Origin: Rhodobacter sp.
GTDB lineage: Bacteria; Pseudomonadota; Alphaproteobacteria; Rhodobacterales; Rhodobacteraceae
Reading direction: 5' to 3'
DNA length: 64,000 nucleotides
Assembly: GCA_020637555.1 (NCBI GenBank)
Contig: JACKKF010000009.1
Coordinates: 13,835-77,834, forward strand
In this document: in pieces, positions 36,699 to 46,971 of the stretch
Position numbering within the stretch: position 1 is the first letter of the stretch
Layout of the letters: each line of letters starts with the position of its first letter
Notes under the pieces: model-generated
The model's input: the letters and a program-made list of their open reading frames with translations, nothing else
Database searches by the model: none
What the model was told of the DNA's origin: nothing
Position numbers and translations under genes: made by a program

Positions 36699-38273
36699 TC
36701 ACGGTGCCGGGCGCAGGACGTCGCGGTCGGCGCGGTAGGCGGGGCTTTCCACCCCCAGGGCGCCCAGAACGGTCGAGAAGATGCGATCCTGCGGATCGGG
36801 CACCGCCTGTCCCAGTGTCGCCGGGTCCAGCCCGTGGGCGCGGGCGAAATCGTCGTCCATCCACGCCAGGAAGGGGATCATGCGTTGCTCCTCAGGGGCG
36901 ATGGCATTGGGCAGCCCGTGCAGATAGACACCGTTTTCGCCCAGCGACTGACCATGGTCCGACAGATAGAGCAGCAGCACCTGCGTGTCGGGCAGCGCAT
37001 CGAGCTGCCCGATCAGTTGCGCCAGCACCCAGTCGGTATAGCGGATCGAATTGTCATAGGCATTCACCAGCGACTGGGGGTCGCAGTCGTTCACCAGCGT
37101 CGTCTGGCAGGTGGGGGTAAAGACCTCGAACCCGTCGGGATACTTGCGATAATACTCGGGCCCATGGCTGCCGTTGAAATGCAGCAGCGCAAAGGCCCGG
37201 TCGCCACCCTGCGCCGCAAGCGCCTGGGGCAGGCCGCGCAGCAGGATGGCGTCATGCGTGCCCTCGGCGCAACCGCCGTCGCACTCGGCCGTCAGGTCGA
37301 AACCGGTGACGACGGGAACGCCCGGAATGGGGGGCAGGCCGGTGTTGTTCTCGCGCACCAGGACGGGCACGCCCATGCGCGCCAGATAGGCGGGCAGGTT
37401 TTCTTGCGGATCGTCCACCTCGGCCGCGTCGCCCAGGGGGGACAGGATGCAGGCCACCGCGCCGATCGTGTAGGTCGCGCAACTGCGCCCGCCGGGATAG
37501 GCGATCAGTCCGAGATCCTGCGTAAAGGGATCGGTCGGGCGATCATAGCCGAAATACTGCAGATGATCGCGGCGCGCCGCTTCGCCGATGACCAGCACCA
37601 CCAGGGTGCGGGGCCCCTGGATCGGGACAAGCGTCGCATCGGGCAGGGGGTGTGCGGGCCGGTTGCGGCGCTGCCACTCGCTCGCATAGCGGGCGATGTT
37701 GCCGATGTAGCCCCAGGGCAGGATGCGCGGCCCCACGCGGCTGTTGTGCTGATCGAACCACAGCCAGACCCCCGCACCGGCATAGACCCCGCCCGCAGTC
37801 AGCGCCAGAACCGCCACCAGCGCCCCCAGGCTGCGCAGGATCCGCCCCCGGCGCACCGGCACCCACAGCATGACCAGCGCGGGCAGAACGCCCCAGAGAA
37901 CGCCGGTCACGATGACTTGCGGGTGGATCAGGCCACCGGCCTCGCCGGGGTTGGTGTTCAGGATATTGCCGATCATCGTCGGGTCCAGAACGACGCCATA
38001 GGTCAGCATGTAATGCTGAGCGGCGGCGTTGACGACCATCAGGATGGCCCCGACGCCTTTCATCGCCCAGGGCGAGATCAGGCCCACCACGGTCATCGCC
38101 AGCACCGTCAGGGTGATCTGCAACCCCTCGATCAAGGCCAGCACCGCCAGCCCGTCGCGCGTGCCGACATCGATGTTGGCCAGCACATAGCCCATGAGCG
38201 CGCGCTGATACAGGATCAGGGTCACGCCGGCATAGAGCAGGGCATAAAGGAACGGGGTCAGGCGGACGCGCAT
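36699..38273 (-). CDS. phosphoethanolamine transferase (EptA/sulfatase family)
   Basis: Five N-terminal TM helices plus a sulfatase-like domain (VVLVIGEAARRDH, ..LLHFNGSHGPEYYKRYP-like, YLSDHGQSLGENG). GGAGA SD before the ATG at 38273. Confidence 0.85.
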   Translation of the reverse strand: MRVRLTPFLYALLYAGVTLILYQRALMGYVLANIDVGTRDGLAVLALIEGLQITLTVLAMTVVGLISPWAMKGVGAILMVVNAAAQHYMLTYGVVLDPTMIGNILNTNPGEAGGLIHPQVIVTGVLWGVLPALVMLWVPVRRGRILRSLGALVAVLALTAGGVYAGAGVWLWFDQHNSRVGPRILPWGYIGNIARYASEWQRRNRPAHPLPDATLVPIQGPRTLVVLVIGEAARRDHLQYFGYDRPTDPFTQDLGLIAYPGGRSCATYTIGAVACILSPLGDAAEVDDPQENLPAYLARMGVPVLVRENNTGLPPIPGVPVVTGFDLTAECDGGCAEGTHDAILLRGLPQALAAQGGDRAFALLHFNGSHGPEYYRKYPDGFEVFTPTCQTTLVNDCDPQSLVNAYDNSIRYTDWVLAQLIGQLDALPDTQVLLLYLSDHGQSLGENGVYLHGLPNAIAPEEQRMIPFLAWMDDDFARAHGLDPATLGQAVPDPQDRIFSTVLGALGVESPAYRADRDVLRPAP

Positions 38274-38335
38274 GCAAGGTCTCCAAGTCTGGGCCAAGGC
38301 TTACCCCGCGGGGCGGTGCCGTGCCAGCCCCGGGA

Positions 38336-38893
38336 TCAGGCCAGAGCCCGCGCCAGCGCGGTTTCCATCGCCGGCACATCGCGGGCCACGGTGATCAGCG
38401 CCTTCAGCGCCGCCGCTGCAAATCCCTGCGCGACGAGGTGATCGAGCAGCGCAAGCAGGGGCTGCCAGAACCCGTCCTGATCCAGCACCACCACGGGTTT
38501 CGCGTGCAGGCCGATCTGCGCCCAGGTCAGAACCTCGAAGAATTCGTCCAGCGTGCCCGCGCCACCCGGCAGAACCGCGATGGCGCTGGAATTCGAGAAC
38601 ATCACTTTCTTGCGTTCGTGCATCGTCTCGGTGACGACCAGCGCGTCGAGATCGGTCCGCGCGACCTCGCCCTGCATCAGATGGGTCGGGATCACGCCAA
38701 AGGTCGCGCCCCCGGCGGCCTGGGTCGCGCGCGCCACCTCGCCCATGAGGCCGATATCGCCCGCGCCATAGACCAGCCGCCACCCGCGCCGCGCCAGCAT
38801 CCTGCCGGTTTCGGCGGCGCATTGCATCATCGCGGGGTTGGTGCCGGGGCGCGATCCGCAGAACACACAGACTGACGGAGGGAAGGCAGGCAT
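38336..38893 (-). CDS. LOG-family (TIGR00730) cytokinin riboside 5'-monophosphate phosphoribohydrolase-like protein
   Basis: VCVFCGS, LVYGAG..GLMG, PGGAGTLDEF (PGGxGTxxE) motifs. Confidence 0.9.
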   Translation of the reverse strand: MPAFPPSVCVFCGSRPGTNPAMMQCAAETGRMLARRGWRLVYGAGDIGLMGEVARATQAAGGATFGVIPTHLMQGEVARTDLDALVVTETMHERKKVMFSNSSAIAVLPGGAGTLDEFFEVLTWAQIGLHAKPVVVLDQDGFWQPLLALLDHLVAQGFAAAALKALITVARDVPAMETALARALA

Positions 38894-39018
38894 CGCATCC
38901 TCGCAAGACCTAGGGGAGTGGATTTGCTTTGCCCATAGATACGGGTGTTGCTAGAAGGGAACAAGGGTGGACCCGCGCTGCCGGTGCAGATCGGCGGCGC
39001 CAGGATGGAGCGAGACCG

Positions 39019-40524
39019 ATGGCGCGATCCCTGATCTTTGCGCTGGGGGGCGGAACGCTGGTGACTGCGGCAGCGGTCGCGGGCTGGATCGTGACCCAGA
39101 TGCGCGAGGACACACCGGCGCCACCCGCGACGCCCCTGCCCATCGCCACGGATGTGCCACCCGCCGCATCGGCGCAGCCCCCGGCCGTCGCCCCGTCCGG
39201 CCCGGTCGCGCCGGCGATGTCCGCGCCCGGTTTCGACGTGGTGCGCGTCGATCGCGACGGGGGCGCGCTGGTCGCCGGACGTGCCCAGCCGGGCGCCGCC
39301 GTCACGCTGCGGGTGGATGACGCCGTGGTCGCGCAGGTCGCGGCGGATGAAAACGGCCAGTTCGTCGCGCTGTTTTCGCTGGGCCACAGCACCGCCGTGC
39401 AGTCCATGACGCTTGAGGTGACGGATGGCGCGGGCGCGGTGACGCAGGCGCCCGACATTGTCATCCTCACGCCGCGCCCCCCCCCGGCAGACACGGTCGC
39501 GCAGGCGGACACGCCGGCGGCCCCCCCGATCGTTTCCGCGCCGGCGCTTGGCGAAACGGCCGGATCGGCGCCCGCTGGCGAGGCGCCCGCATCCGCCGAG
39601 AGCCCGCGCATCGCCTTGCTGGCGCCGTCCGCCACCGGCGCGCCGGGTGTGAGCGAAGACGCCGTCGCGACGGTCTCGGTCGTGCCCGAGGGTGCGCCCG
39701 CGATCCCCCGACCCGCCACCAGCCCGGGGGGCGACCAGGTCGGCGCGGTCACGACGCCCGCGCCCGGGATCGCCACCACGGCGCCGGCCCCCGCGCGGAT
39801 GCCCGACCCCCCGGTTGCCCAGACCGTTGCGCCCGAGGCCCAGGCGCCCCAGACCCCACGCCCCGAGACTCTCGCGCAGGCCGTGCCGGCGCCGCTGGAC
39901 CCGCCGCAGATGCCAGCGGCCTTCCTGGTGCAAGGGGACGGCGGGGTGCGCGTGCTCGACCGGGCCCCGTCGGTGCTGGACAACGTCGTCATCGACTCGA
40001 TCAGCTATTCCGGTGCCGGCGACGTGCAGATCGCCGGGCGCGCCGCCCATTCCGCGCCCGAGGCCAATCTGCGCATCTACCTGGACAACCGGCCCATCGC
40101 CGTGACCCGGGCCGACAGCGGCGACTGGACATCCGACCTGCCGTCCGTCGATCCCGGCGTCTATACCCTGCGCGTCGATCAGCTGAACGACGCCGGCGGG
40201 GTCGTCTCGCGGTTCGAGACCCCCTTCCAGCGCGAGGCGCCCGAGGTGGTCGCCGCCGCGCGCGCGGGCAACGAGCCCAATGCACAAACCGCTGCCACCC
40301 CGGACCCGACAGCGCCATTGGCGCCGGCCGCCGATGCCGCGCCCGCACAGGCGCCCCGCGCGGCGCTGATCACCGTGCAGCCCGGCAACACGCTTTGGGC
40401 GATCTCGCAGGCGCGGTATGGGGCAGGGGAACGCTATGTGGTGATCTACAACGCCAACCGCAGCCAGATCCGGGATCCCGACCTGATCTATCCGGGCCAG
40501 GTCTTTGCCTTGCCGGACGAATGA
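39019..40524 (+). CDS. membrane-anchored Pro/Ala-rich protein with a C-terminal LysM peptidoglycan-binding domain
   Basis: TM anchor IFALGGGTLVTAAAVAGWIV. C-terminus ITVQPGNTLWAISQARYGAGERYVVIYNANRSQIRDPDLIYPGQVFALP is a LysM domain. Confidence 0.75.
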   Translation: MARSLIFALGGGTLVTAAAVAGWIVTQMREDTPAPPATPLPIATDVPPAASAQPPAVAPSGPVAPAMSAPGFDVVRVDRDGGALVAGRAQPGAAVTLRVDDAVVAQVAADENGQFVALFSLGHSTAVQSMTLEVTDGAGAVTQAPDIVILTPRPPPADTVAQADTPAAPPIVSAPALGETAGSAPAGEAPASAESPRIALLAPSATGAPGVSEDAVATVSVVPEGAPAIPRPATSPGGDQVGAVTTPAPGIATTAPAPARMPDPPVAQTVAPEAQAPQTPRPETLAQAVPAPLDPPQMPAAFLVQGDGGVRVLDRAPSVLDNVVIDSISYSGAGDVQIAGRAAHSAPEANLRIYLDNRPIAVTRADSGDWTSDLPSVDPGVYTLRVDQLNDAGGVVSRFETPFQREAPEVVAAARAGNEPNAQTAATPDPTAPLAPAADAAPAQAPRAALITVQPGNTLWAISQARYGAGERYVVIYNANRSQIRDPDLIYPGQVFALPDE

Positions 40525-40591
40525 TGCGCCAGGGCTGGCAATCGGCGTGCAGAGGGCTTACCTCTGACGCCCAGCCAGCCAGGACGCCCGC

Positions 40592-42424
40592 ATGAGATAT
40601 CGCCCCAGCGCCAACGCGCTTCCGACGGACCCGATGGATCCGACCGCCTCGGGCCGGTCCACGATCAAGCGGGTGATCCCCTATCTGTGGCCCGAAGGCG
40701 AATCCGCGATGAGAACCCGCGTGGTTCTGTCCATGCTGGCGCTGCTGTTGTCCAAGTTGATCACCGTCGGCACGCCGATGCTGTACAAGTCGGCGGTCGA
40801 TGCGCTGGCGCCCTCGCAACTGGACGCGGGCTGGCTGGTGGGGATCGGCGCGGTTGGGCTGACCGTCGCCTACGGCATGGCGCGGCTCATGTCGAACGGG
40901 TTCCAGCAATTGCGCGACGGGTTGTTCGCGGCCGTCGGCCAGCGCGCGCTGCGCAAGCTGGCGCTGGAAACCTTCACGCATATTCACCGTCTCAGCCTGT
41001 CCTATCACCTGACGCGCAAGACCGGCGGCCTCAGCCGGATCATCGAACGCGGGGTGAAGGGCGTGGACTTCCTGCTCAGGTTCCTGCTGTTCAACATCGG
41101 CCCGTTGATCCTGGAACTGGCGCTGATCGGCGCGGTCATGGTCTGGATGTTCGATGTCTGGTATCTGGCGGTCATCGTCGTGACCATCGGTCTTTATGTG
41201 GCGTTCACCTTCAAGGTGACCGAATGGCGGGTGAAGATCCGCCGCGAGATGAACCAGCAGGATACCGATGCCAACCAGAAAGCCATCGACAGCCTGCTGA
41301 ACTTTGAAACCGTCAAGTATTTCAACGCCGAGGACCGCGAGGCCCGCCGCTATGACGCCTCGATGGAACGCTACGAGGGGGCCGCGCTGCGCACCGCCTA
41401 TTCGCTGGCGCTGCTGAACTTCGGACAATCGGCGCTGATTACCTCGGGGTTGGTGATCGTGATGGTGATGGCGGCGGTCGGCGTGCAGAACGGCGCGCTG
41501 ACGGTGGGCGATTTCGTCATGGTCAACGCCTACATGATCCAGATCACCATGCCGCTGAATTTTCTGGGCACGGTCTATCGCGAGATCCGCCAGGCGCTGG
41601 TCGACATGGGCGAGATGTTCGCGCTGCTGCAACAAAAGCCCGATGTGACCGAAAAGCCGGGTGCCCGGGCGCTGGTGCTGGCGGGGGGGCATGTGCGGCT
41701 CGAGGATGTGCGCTTTGCCTATGATCCCGAGAGACCGATCCTCAAAGGGGTGACGATCGACGTGCCCGCGGGGCAGAAGATCGCCCTGGTCGGACATTCG
41801 GGATCAGGGAAATCCACCATCGGCCGGCTGTTGTTCCGCTTTTACGATGTGACCGGCGGCAGGCTCAGCATCGACGGGCAGGATATCCGCGACGTGACGC
41901 TCGACAGCCTGCATGCGGCGATCGGCGTGGTGCCGCAGGACACGGTCCTGTTCAACGATTCCATCTATTACAACATTGCCTATGGCAAGGACGACGCCAC
42001 CCGCGCCGAGGTCGAGGCAGCCGCCCGCGCGGCGCGCATCCACGACTTCATCCTGGACCTGCCGCAGGGCTATGAGACCCAGGTGGGGGAACGCGGGCTG
42101 AAGCTGTCGGGCGGCGAAAAGCAGCGCGTCGGGATCGCCCGCACGCTGCTCAAGGACCCGGCGATCCTGCTGCTGGACGAGGCGACCTCGGCCCTGGACA
42201 CGCAGACCGAACGCTCGATCCAGGAATCGCTCAACGCGGCCGGGCGCGGGCGCACGGTCATCACCATCGCGCATCGGCTTTCGACCGTGGTGGATGCCGA
42301 CCGGATCGTGGTTCTGGAACAGGGCGAGGTGGTCGAGGAAGGCGCACATGCCCAGCTTCTGGCGCGGGGCGGACGCTATGCCCAGATGTGGGCGCGTCAG
42401 GCGGCCGAGGATGCGGCCGCCTGA
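40592..42424 (+). CDS. ABC exporter, fused permease/ATPase, Atm1/HMT1-like
   Basis: Six TM helices plus an NBD (GHSGSGKST, LSGGEKQRVGIART, LLLDEATSALD). Confidence 0.9.
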   Translation: MRYRPSANALPTDPMDPTASGRSTIKRVIPYLWPEGESAMRTRVVLSMLALLLSKLITVGTPMLYKSAVDALAPSQLDAGWLVGIGAVGLTVAYGMARLMSNGFQQLRDGLFAAVGQRALRKLALETFTHIHRLSLSYHLTRKTGGLSRIIERGVKGVDFLLRFLLFNIGPLILELALIGAVMVWMFDVWYLAVIVVTIGLYVAFTFKVTEWRVKIRREMNQQDTDANQKAIDSLLNFETVKYFNAEDREARRYDASMERYEGAALRTAYSLALLNFGQSALITSGLVIVMVMAAVGVQNGALTVGDFVMVNAYMIQITMPLNFLGTVYREIRQALVDMGEMFALLQQKPDVTEKPGARALVLAGGHVRLEDVRFAYDPERPILKGVTIDVPAGQKIALVGHSGSGKSTIGRLLFRFYDVTGGRLSIDGQDIRDVTLDSLHAAIGVVPQDTVLFNDSIYYNIAYGKDDATRAEVEAAARAARIHDFILDLPQGYETQVGERGLKLSGGEKQRVGIARTLLKDPAILLLDEATSALDTQTERSIQESLNAAGRGRTVITIAHRLSTVVDADRIVVLEQGEVVEEGAHAQLLARGGRYAQMWARQAAEDAAA

Positions 42425-42436
42425 CGGGTGTGTCGG

Positions 42437-42463
42437 GCCGGGCGGGACATCAGCCCACCCGGC
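42437..42463. terminator. GC-rich hairpin between convergent genes (GCCGGGCGGG-acatcag-CCCACCCGGC)
   Basis: Read directly: 9/10 stem pairing, no clear U-tract. Confidence 0.35.
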
Positions 42464-42481
42464 GCGACGGTGTATCCGGGG

Positions 42482-42685
42482 TCAGCGTTTGACCGGGCAG
42501 GTCGAGAACCCGAACAGCCGATACAGCGGGCAGGTGCCGAAGAGGCCGGTGAACAGCGGGATGACGCCGATCCAGTAAGCCCAGCTATAGGCCCCGTTCG
42601 GGTTCAGGAAATAGCCGGCGATCAGGGCGATACCGACGACGATGCGCAGAATGCGGTCGATACCGCCGACGTTGTTCGCGAACAT
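42482..42685 (-). CDS. DUF2892 (YgaP-like) small membrane protein
   Basis: N.G..DR.LRIVVG..L.......W.....G..PL.TGL.G.CP.Y..FG.STC is the typical DUF2892 pattern. Confidence 0.75.
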   Translation of the reverse strand: MFANNVGGIDRILRIVVGIALIAGYFLNPNGAYSWAYWIGVIPLFTGLFGTCPLYRLFGFSTCPVKR

Positions 42686-42754
42686 GACAGGGTCCTTTCT
42701 TGCGGGAACGTGGGCGCAGTTTACGCCGGGCGGCCGATTCGCACAGTGATCTGG

Positions 42755-43402
42755 TCACACCGCCAGCGACAATCGTGTCAGGGCCGCCGTATCCCGCACC
42801 ACGACACGGCCGCGGTCCGTTGCCACCAGCCCGCGCCTGGTCATCGCTTCCAGCCGGCGCGAGACGACCTCGCGCGCCGATCCGATCCGCGCGGCGAGTT
42901 CGGCATGCGTCGCCTCGACGGTGCCATCCTGCGCCAGTGCGAGCAGGGCCTCGGCCAGGCGCGCCTCGACCCGGGTAAAGGCGACCCGTTCCAGCAGCGC
43001 GGTCATGTCCGCCATCCGCACCGCCAGCGCGCGAAAGACAAAGCCGCGGAACGGTTCGGCGCGCGCCATCAGCGCGTGGAACAGCGCCGCCGGCAGCAGC
43101 ACCAGCCGCACCTCGGTCGCGCAGATCGCATCCCCCGAATAGGGTTCGTCGCCCAGCAGGCCCAGCGTGGTCTGGATGCAGCTTTGCCCGGGCTCAACGG
43201 CATAAAGCAGGATCTCGCGGCCGCTGGGGCCGGTGAGGCTGACCTCGATCCGGCCCGACAGGACGATGGCAAAGGCTTGCGGGCGCGCGCCGGGTCCGAA
43301 CAGGCGCGCGCCGCGGGGCAGGGTCTGCACCGGCAGGGATTCGATCCGCGTCGTGTCAGCGGGATCGAGGCCGGGCAACAGGCGCCCCGCCCAGCCGCTC
43401 AT
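42755..43402 (-). CDS. Crp/Fnr-family transcriptional regulator
   Basis: cNMP-binding-like N-terminus plus the C-terminal HTH ..THAELAARIGSAREVVSRRLEAMTRRGLV... The start overlaps the mmsB stop (ATGA on the minus strand). Confidence 0.8.
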   Translation of the reverse strand: MSGWAGRLLPGLDPADTTRIESLPVQTLPRGARLFGPGARPQAFAIVLSGRIEVSLTGPSGREILLYAVEPGQSCIQTTLGLLGDEPYSGDAICATEVRLVLLPAALFHALMARAEPFRGFVFRALAVRMADMTALLERVAFTRVEARLAEALLALAQDGTVEATHAELAARIGSAREVVSRRLEAMTRRGLVATDRGRVVVRDTAALTRLSLAV

Positions 43403-44268
43403 CCCCGGCCGCGCTTTTCGAACCGGGGCAGCATGGCGGAAAAGTCCATGCCCTTGCCCCCCTCGGTTTCCACGAACCGTTCGTAGAGCGCGGCGGCAAG
43501 CTGGCCCATCGGCGTGTCGGCGTCGGCGCTTTCGGCGGCCTGCTGCGACAGGCGCAGGTCCTTCAGCATCAATTCCGCCGCGAAGCCGGGCTTGTAGCCG
43601 TTGTCGGCGGGCGATTTGGCACCGACCCCCGGCGCGGGCGTATAGGCGTTCATCGTCCAGCTGTAGCCGGACGAGGTCGAGACCACGTCGAACATCTTCT
43701 GCCGGTCCAGCCCCAGCTTGTCGGCCAGCGCAAAGGCCTCGCAGGTGGCGATCATCGTCACGCCCAGGATCATGTTGTTGCAGATCTTGGCCGACTGGCC
43801 CGCGCCCGCCGCGCCGCAATGCACCGCCTTCTGGCCCATCACGTCGAAGAGCGGTTTCACCGTGTCAAAGGCCGCGTCCGCGCCCCCCACCATGAAGGTC
43901 AGCGTGCCGCCCGCCGCGCCGCCGACACCCCCCGAAACGGGCGCATCCAGGGCGCCCAGCCCGGCGGCTTCGGCCTGCTGGGCCACCGCCTTGGCGCTGT
44001 CCACGTCCACGGTCGAGCAGTCGCACAGCACTGCGCCCGGCCGCATCGCCGGGATCACCTGATCGGCGACCGCGCGCAGGATGGCCCCGTTGGGCAGCAT
44101 GGTGATGACGACATCGGCGCCTTGCGCGGCGTCGGCGGCGCTTGCGGCCATGGTCACGCCCTCGGGCCGGGCCTGGGTGTCGAATCCGGTCACGGCATGG
44201 CCGGCCTTGATCAGGTTGGCGGCCATCGGCGCGCCCATGTTGCCGAGGCCGATAAAGGCGATGTTCAT
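43399..44268 (-). CDS. mmsB: 3-hydroxyisobutyrate dehydrogenase
   Basis: MNIAFIGLGNMGAPMAANL..; FMVGG..A.F....P....MG; KDL.L motifs. Confidence 0.9.
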   Translation of the reverse strand: MNIAFIGLGNMGAPMAANLIKAGHAVTGFDTQARPEGVTMAASAADAAQGADVVITMLPNGAILRAVADQVIPAMRPGAVLCDCSTVDVDSAKAVAQQAEAAGLGALDAPVSGGVGGAAGGTLTFMVGGADAAFDTVKPLFDVMGQKAVHCGAAGAGQSAKICNNMILGVTMIATCEAFALADKLGLDRQKMFDVVSTSSGYSWTMNAYTPAPGVGAKSPADNGYKPGFAAELMLKDLRLSQQAAESADADTPMGQLAAALYERFVETEGGKGMDFSAMLPRFEKRGRG

Positions 44269-44289
44269 GGTGTCCTCCTCTGTTCGCGC

Positions 44290-45312
44290 TCAGGCGATGG
44301 TCAGTTCATTCGTGCCCAGCGGCGCCAGCATCCGGGCGACTTCGGCCGGTGTCACGGCCTCGGGGGTCGGATGCTGCCACTGCGGATTGCGGTCCTTGTC
44401 CAGGATCTGCGCGCGCACGCCTTCGATGAAGTCGCCCAGATCCATGCTGCGCCAGGTCCAGCGGAATTCCTGCGCCAGGGCCGCGGCCAACGAGGCCGGC
44501 GCGGGCCTGAGCATCGCCAGGGTCGAGGCCATGCTCAACGGGGCGTTGCGGCGGATCGCCTTCAGGGCCGACTTGGCCAGGGGGCTGTCGTCGGCCTCCA
44601 GCGCGGCGATGATGGCGGGAATGTCCGCGCCCGAAAACAGCCGGTCCACCCGGGCCTGTTCGCCGGCAAGCGGGCTGTCAGGCGCCGCATGGCGGGGCAG
44701 GGTGGCGGCATCGCCGGTTTCGATCAGCCCGGCTTTCACCGCGGGCCAGGCGGCCTCGGGGATGAAGGCGTCGGCAAAGCCCGCGTGGATCGCGTCGCCC
44801 GGCCCCATGCGCGCCGCCGTCAGCGCCAGATAAACCCCCAACTGGCCGGGCGCGCGCGACAAGAGCCAGGTGCCGCCCACGTCCGGGATCAGGCCGATTC
44901 CGCATTCCGGCATCGCCATCTGCGTGCTTTCGCCGACGATCCGGTGCCCGACGTGGCAGCCATAGCCCACGCCGCCGCCCATCACGAACCCGTTCATGAA
45001 ACTGACGACGGGCTTGGGGTAGCGCGACAGCATCAGGTTCATGCGGTATTCATCGCGCCAGAAATCCCGGCCCAGCCCATAATCGCCCTGACGACCCGCG
45101 GCGGTCACCTGCGCGATGTCGCCGCCCGCGCAGAAGGCTCGGTCGCCGGTGGCGTCCAGGATCACCAGGGCGACCTCCGGGTCCTCGCGCCAGGCCTGAA
45201 GCGCACGCTCGGTCTGCAGGCAGATGTCATGCGTCAGGGCATTCAGCGCCTGCGGGCGGTTCAGCGTGAGGCACCCGGCGCGGCCCTGTTTGCGGATCAG
45301 GATCTCGGCCAT
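44290..45312 (-). CDS. enoyl-CoA hydratase/isomerase family, 3-hydroxyisobutyryl-CoA hydrolase-like
   Basis: LNRPQALNAL, AFCAGGDI, GFVMGGGVG and MPECGIGLIPDVGG motifs, followed by a long C-terminal extension typical of HIBCH. Confidence 0.85.
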   Translation of the reverse strand: MAEILIRKQGRAGCLTLNRPQALNALTHDICLQTERALQAWREDPEVALVILDATGDRAFCAGGDIAQVTAAGRQGDYGLGRDFWRDEYRMNLMLSRYPKPVVSFMNGFVMGGGVGYGCHVGHRIVGESTQMAMPECGIGLIPDVGGTWLLSRAPGQLGVYLALTAARMGPGDAIHAGFADAFIPEAAWPAVKAGLIETGDAATLPRHAAPDSPLAGEQARVDRLFSGADIPAIIAALEADDSPLAKSALKAIRRNAPLSMASTLAMLRPAPASLAAALAQEFRWTWRSMDLGDFIEGVRAQILDKDRNPQWQHPTPEAVTPAEVARMLAPLGTNELTIA

Positions 45313-46457
45313 CAGCCCCGCTCCGCCAGCAGCGCGCGCACGGTGAGCAGGCGCATGATCTCGTTCGTGCCCTCGAGGATCTGGTGCACGCGCAGGTCGC
45401 GGACGATCTTTTCGATCCCGTAATCCGCCAGATACCCATAGCCGCCATGTAGTTGCAGGCATTGGTCCGCCACGCGCGAGCCGGCCTCGGTCACGAATTT
45501 CTTGGCCATGGCGCAGAATTTGGTGGCATCGGGGGCTTTCTGGTCCAGTTTCCAGGCGGCCTGCCGCAGATAGGTGCGCGCGGCCTGGAGCTCGATCTCC
45601 ATGTCCGCCAGGCGGAATTGCAGCGCCTGGAACTGGTCGATCGTCCGCCCGAAGGCCTGCCGCTCGCCCATATAGGCCAGCGTCCTGTCCAGTGCGGCCT
45701 GGGCGCCGCCCAGCGAACAGGCGGAAATGTTGATCCGTCCGCCATCGAGCCCGATCATCGCATAGGTGAAGCCGTGCCCCTCTTGTCCGACCAGGTTTTC
45801 CAGCGGCGCCAGGCAGTCGTCGAACTGCACCTGCCGTGTGGGCTGGGCGCGCCAGCCCATCTTGTCCTCGAGCCCGCCATAGCTGAGCCCGTCGGTCCCG
45901 TGTTCGACCACGATCGTGCTGATGCCCTTGGGCCCGTCGACCCCGGTGCGGCACATCACGACATAGGCGTCGGAATACCCCCCGCCCGAGATGAAGGCCT
46001 TGGTGCCGGTCAGCCGGTAGCCGGCGTTGGTCCTTTCGGCGCGGGTCTTCAGCGCGGCGGCATCCGATCCCGCGCCGGGTTCGGTCAGGCAGTAGGACAG
46101 GACCTTGTCCATCGTCACGGCCGGGGCGAGGTAGCGTGCCTTGACCTCCTCCGAGCCGAAGCGATCCAGCATCGCCGCGCACATGTTGTGGATGGACAGG
46201 AAGGACGCGACCGACGGGCAGGCCTGGCTCAGGGCCTCGAACACCAGGGTCGCATCCAGCCGTGTCAGGCCGGTGCCGTTGTTTTCCTCGCTGACGTATA
46301 GCCCGCCAAAGCCCAGTTCGGCCAGTTTCGGCCACAGGTCGCGCGGGATGGTCCCCTCGGCTTCCCATTGGCGCGCGAAAGGCGCGATATGTTCCTGCCC
46401 AAAGGCAAGCGCCATGTCATAGATGGCGGTCTGTTCCTCGGTCAGTGCGAAATCCAT
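45312..46457 (-). CDS. acyl-CoA dehydrogenase (isobutyryl-CoA dehydrogenase-like by context)
   Basis: CLTEPGAGSDAAAL, QLHGGYGY and EGTNEI motifs; 1-nt stop/start overlap with the hydrolase gene. Confidence 0.9.
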   Translation of the reverse strand: MDFALTEEQTAIYDMALAFGQEHIAPFARQWEAEGTIPRDLWPKLAELGFGGLYVSEENNGTGLTRLDATLVFEALSQACPSVASFLSIHNMCAAMLDRFGSEEVKARYLAPAVTMDKVLSYCLTEPGAGSDAAALKTRAERTNAGYRLTGTKAFISGGGYSDAYVVMCRTGVDGPKGISTIVVEHGTDGLSYGGLEDKMGWRAQPTRQVQFDDCLAPLENLVGQEGHGFTYAMIGLDGGRINISACSLGGAQAALDRTLAYMGERQAFGRTIDQFQALQFRLADMEIELQAARTYLRQAAWKLDQKAPDATKFCAMAKKFVTEAGSRVADQCLQLHGGYGYLADYGIEKIVRDLRVHQILEGTNEIMRLLTVRALLAERG

Positions 46458-46533
46458 CGGCGGTCCCCATGTGGTTCGGTCAAGGGTGCGGCGCCCCTGC
46501 GTGTGCGGGCGCTCGGCAAGCCGCCGCAACCCG

Positions 46534-46971
46534 TCAGCGGGCCGCGGACAGCAGATCCTCGAGGCGTCGTTCCCGTTGTCCCAGAATGTCGAGGGCCTCG
46601 GCCTCGTGTCTCTGGACGGTGGCGATGACGGTCGACACCCCATGCCAGGAGCGCAGGATATGGCGGGCCATGTCGAAACTGACGTCGCTGGGCGCGAAAT
46701 AGACCATCAGTGTCTGGGTGCGACCGCCCGGATCGAAGATCGCCGCCTTCGCGGCCTGCACCGCCATGAGCCCGACGAAATCCTGCTCGAACCCCGTGAC
46801 CGCGGCCAGATCCACCAGCTGCTTCTGACCCGGGTGCCGATCGGGGTGCGCCAGATAGGCCTGGATCAACCGCTGCGTATCGGCAAGACGGATGAACCCC
46901 GAATACTGGACATAGACCAGGCCACGCTCTGGCAGAATTCGAAACGATGCGGGCACATGGCCTCCGGTCAT
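46534..46971 (-). CDS. hypothetical protein (145 aa)
   Basis: Track ORF with native codon bias, between mmsA and the acyl-CoA dehydrogenase gene. No motif recognised. Confidence 0.5.
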   Translation of the reverse strand: MTGGHVPASFRILPERGLVYVQYSGFIRLADTQRLIQAYLAHPDRHPGQKQLVDLAAVTGFEQDFVGLMAVQAAKAAIFDPGGRTQTLMVYFAPSDVSFDMARHILRSWHGVSTVIATVQRHEAEALDILGQRERRLEDLLSAAR

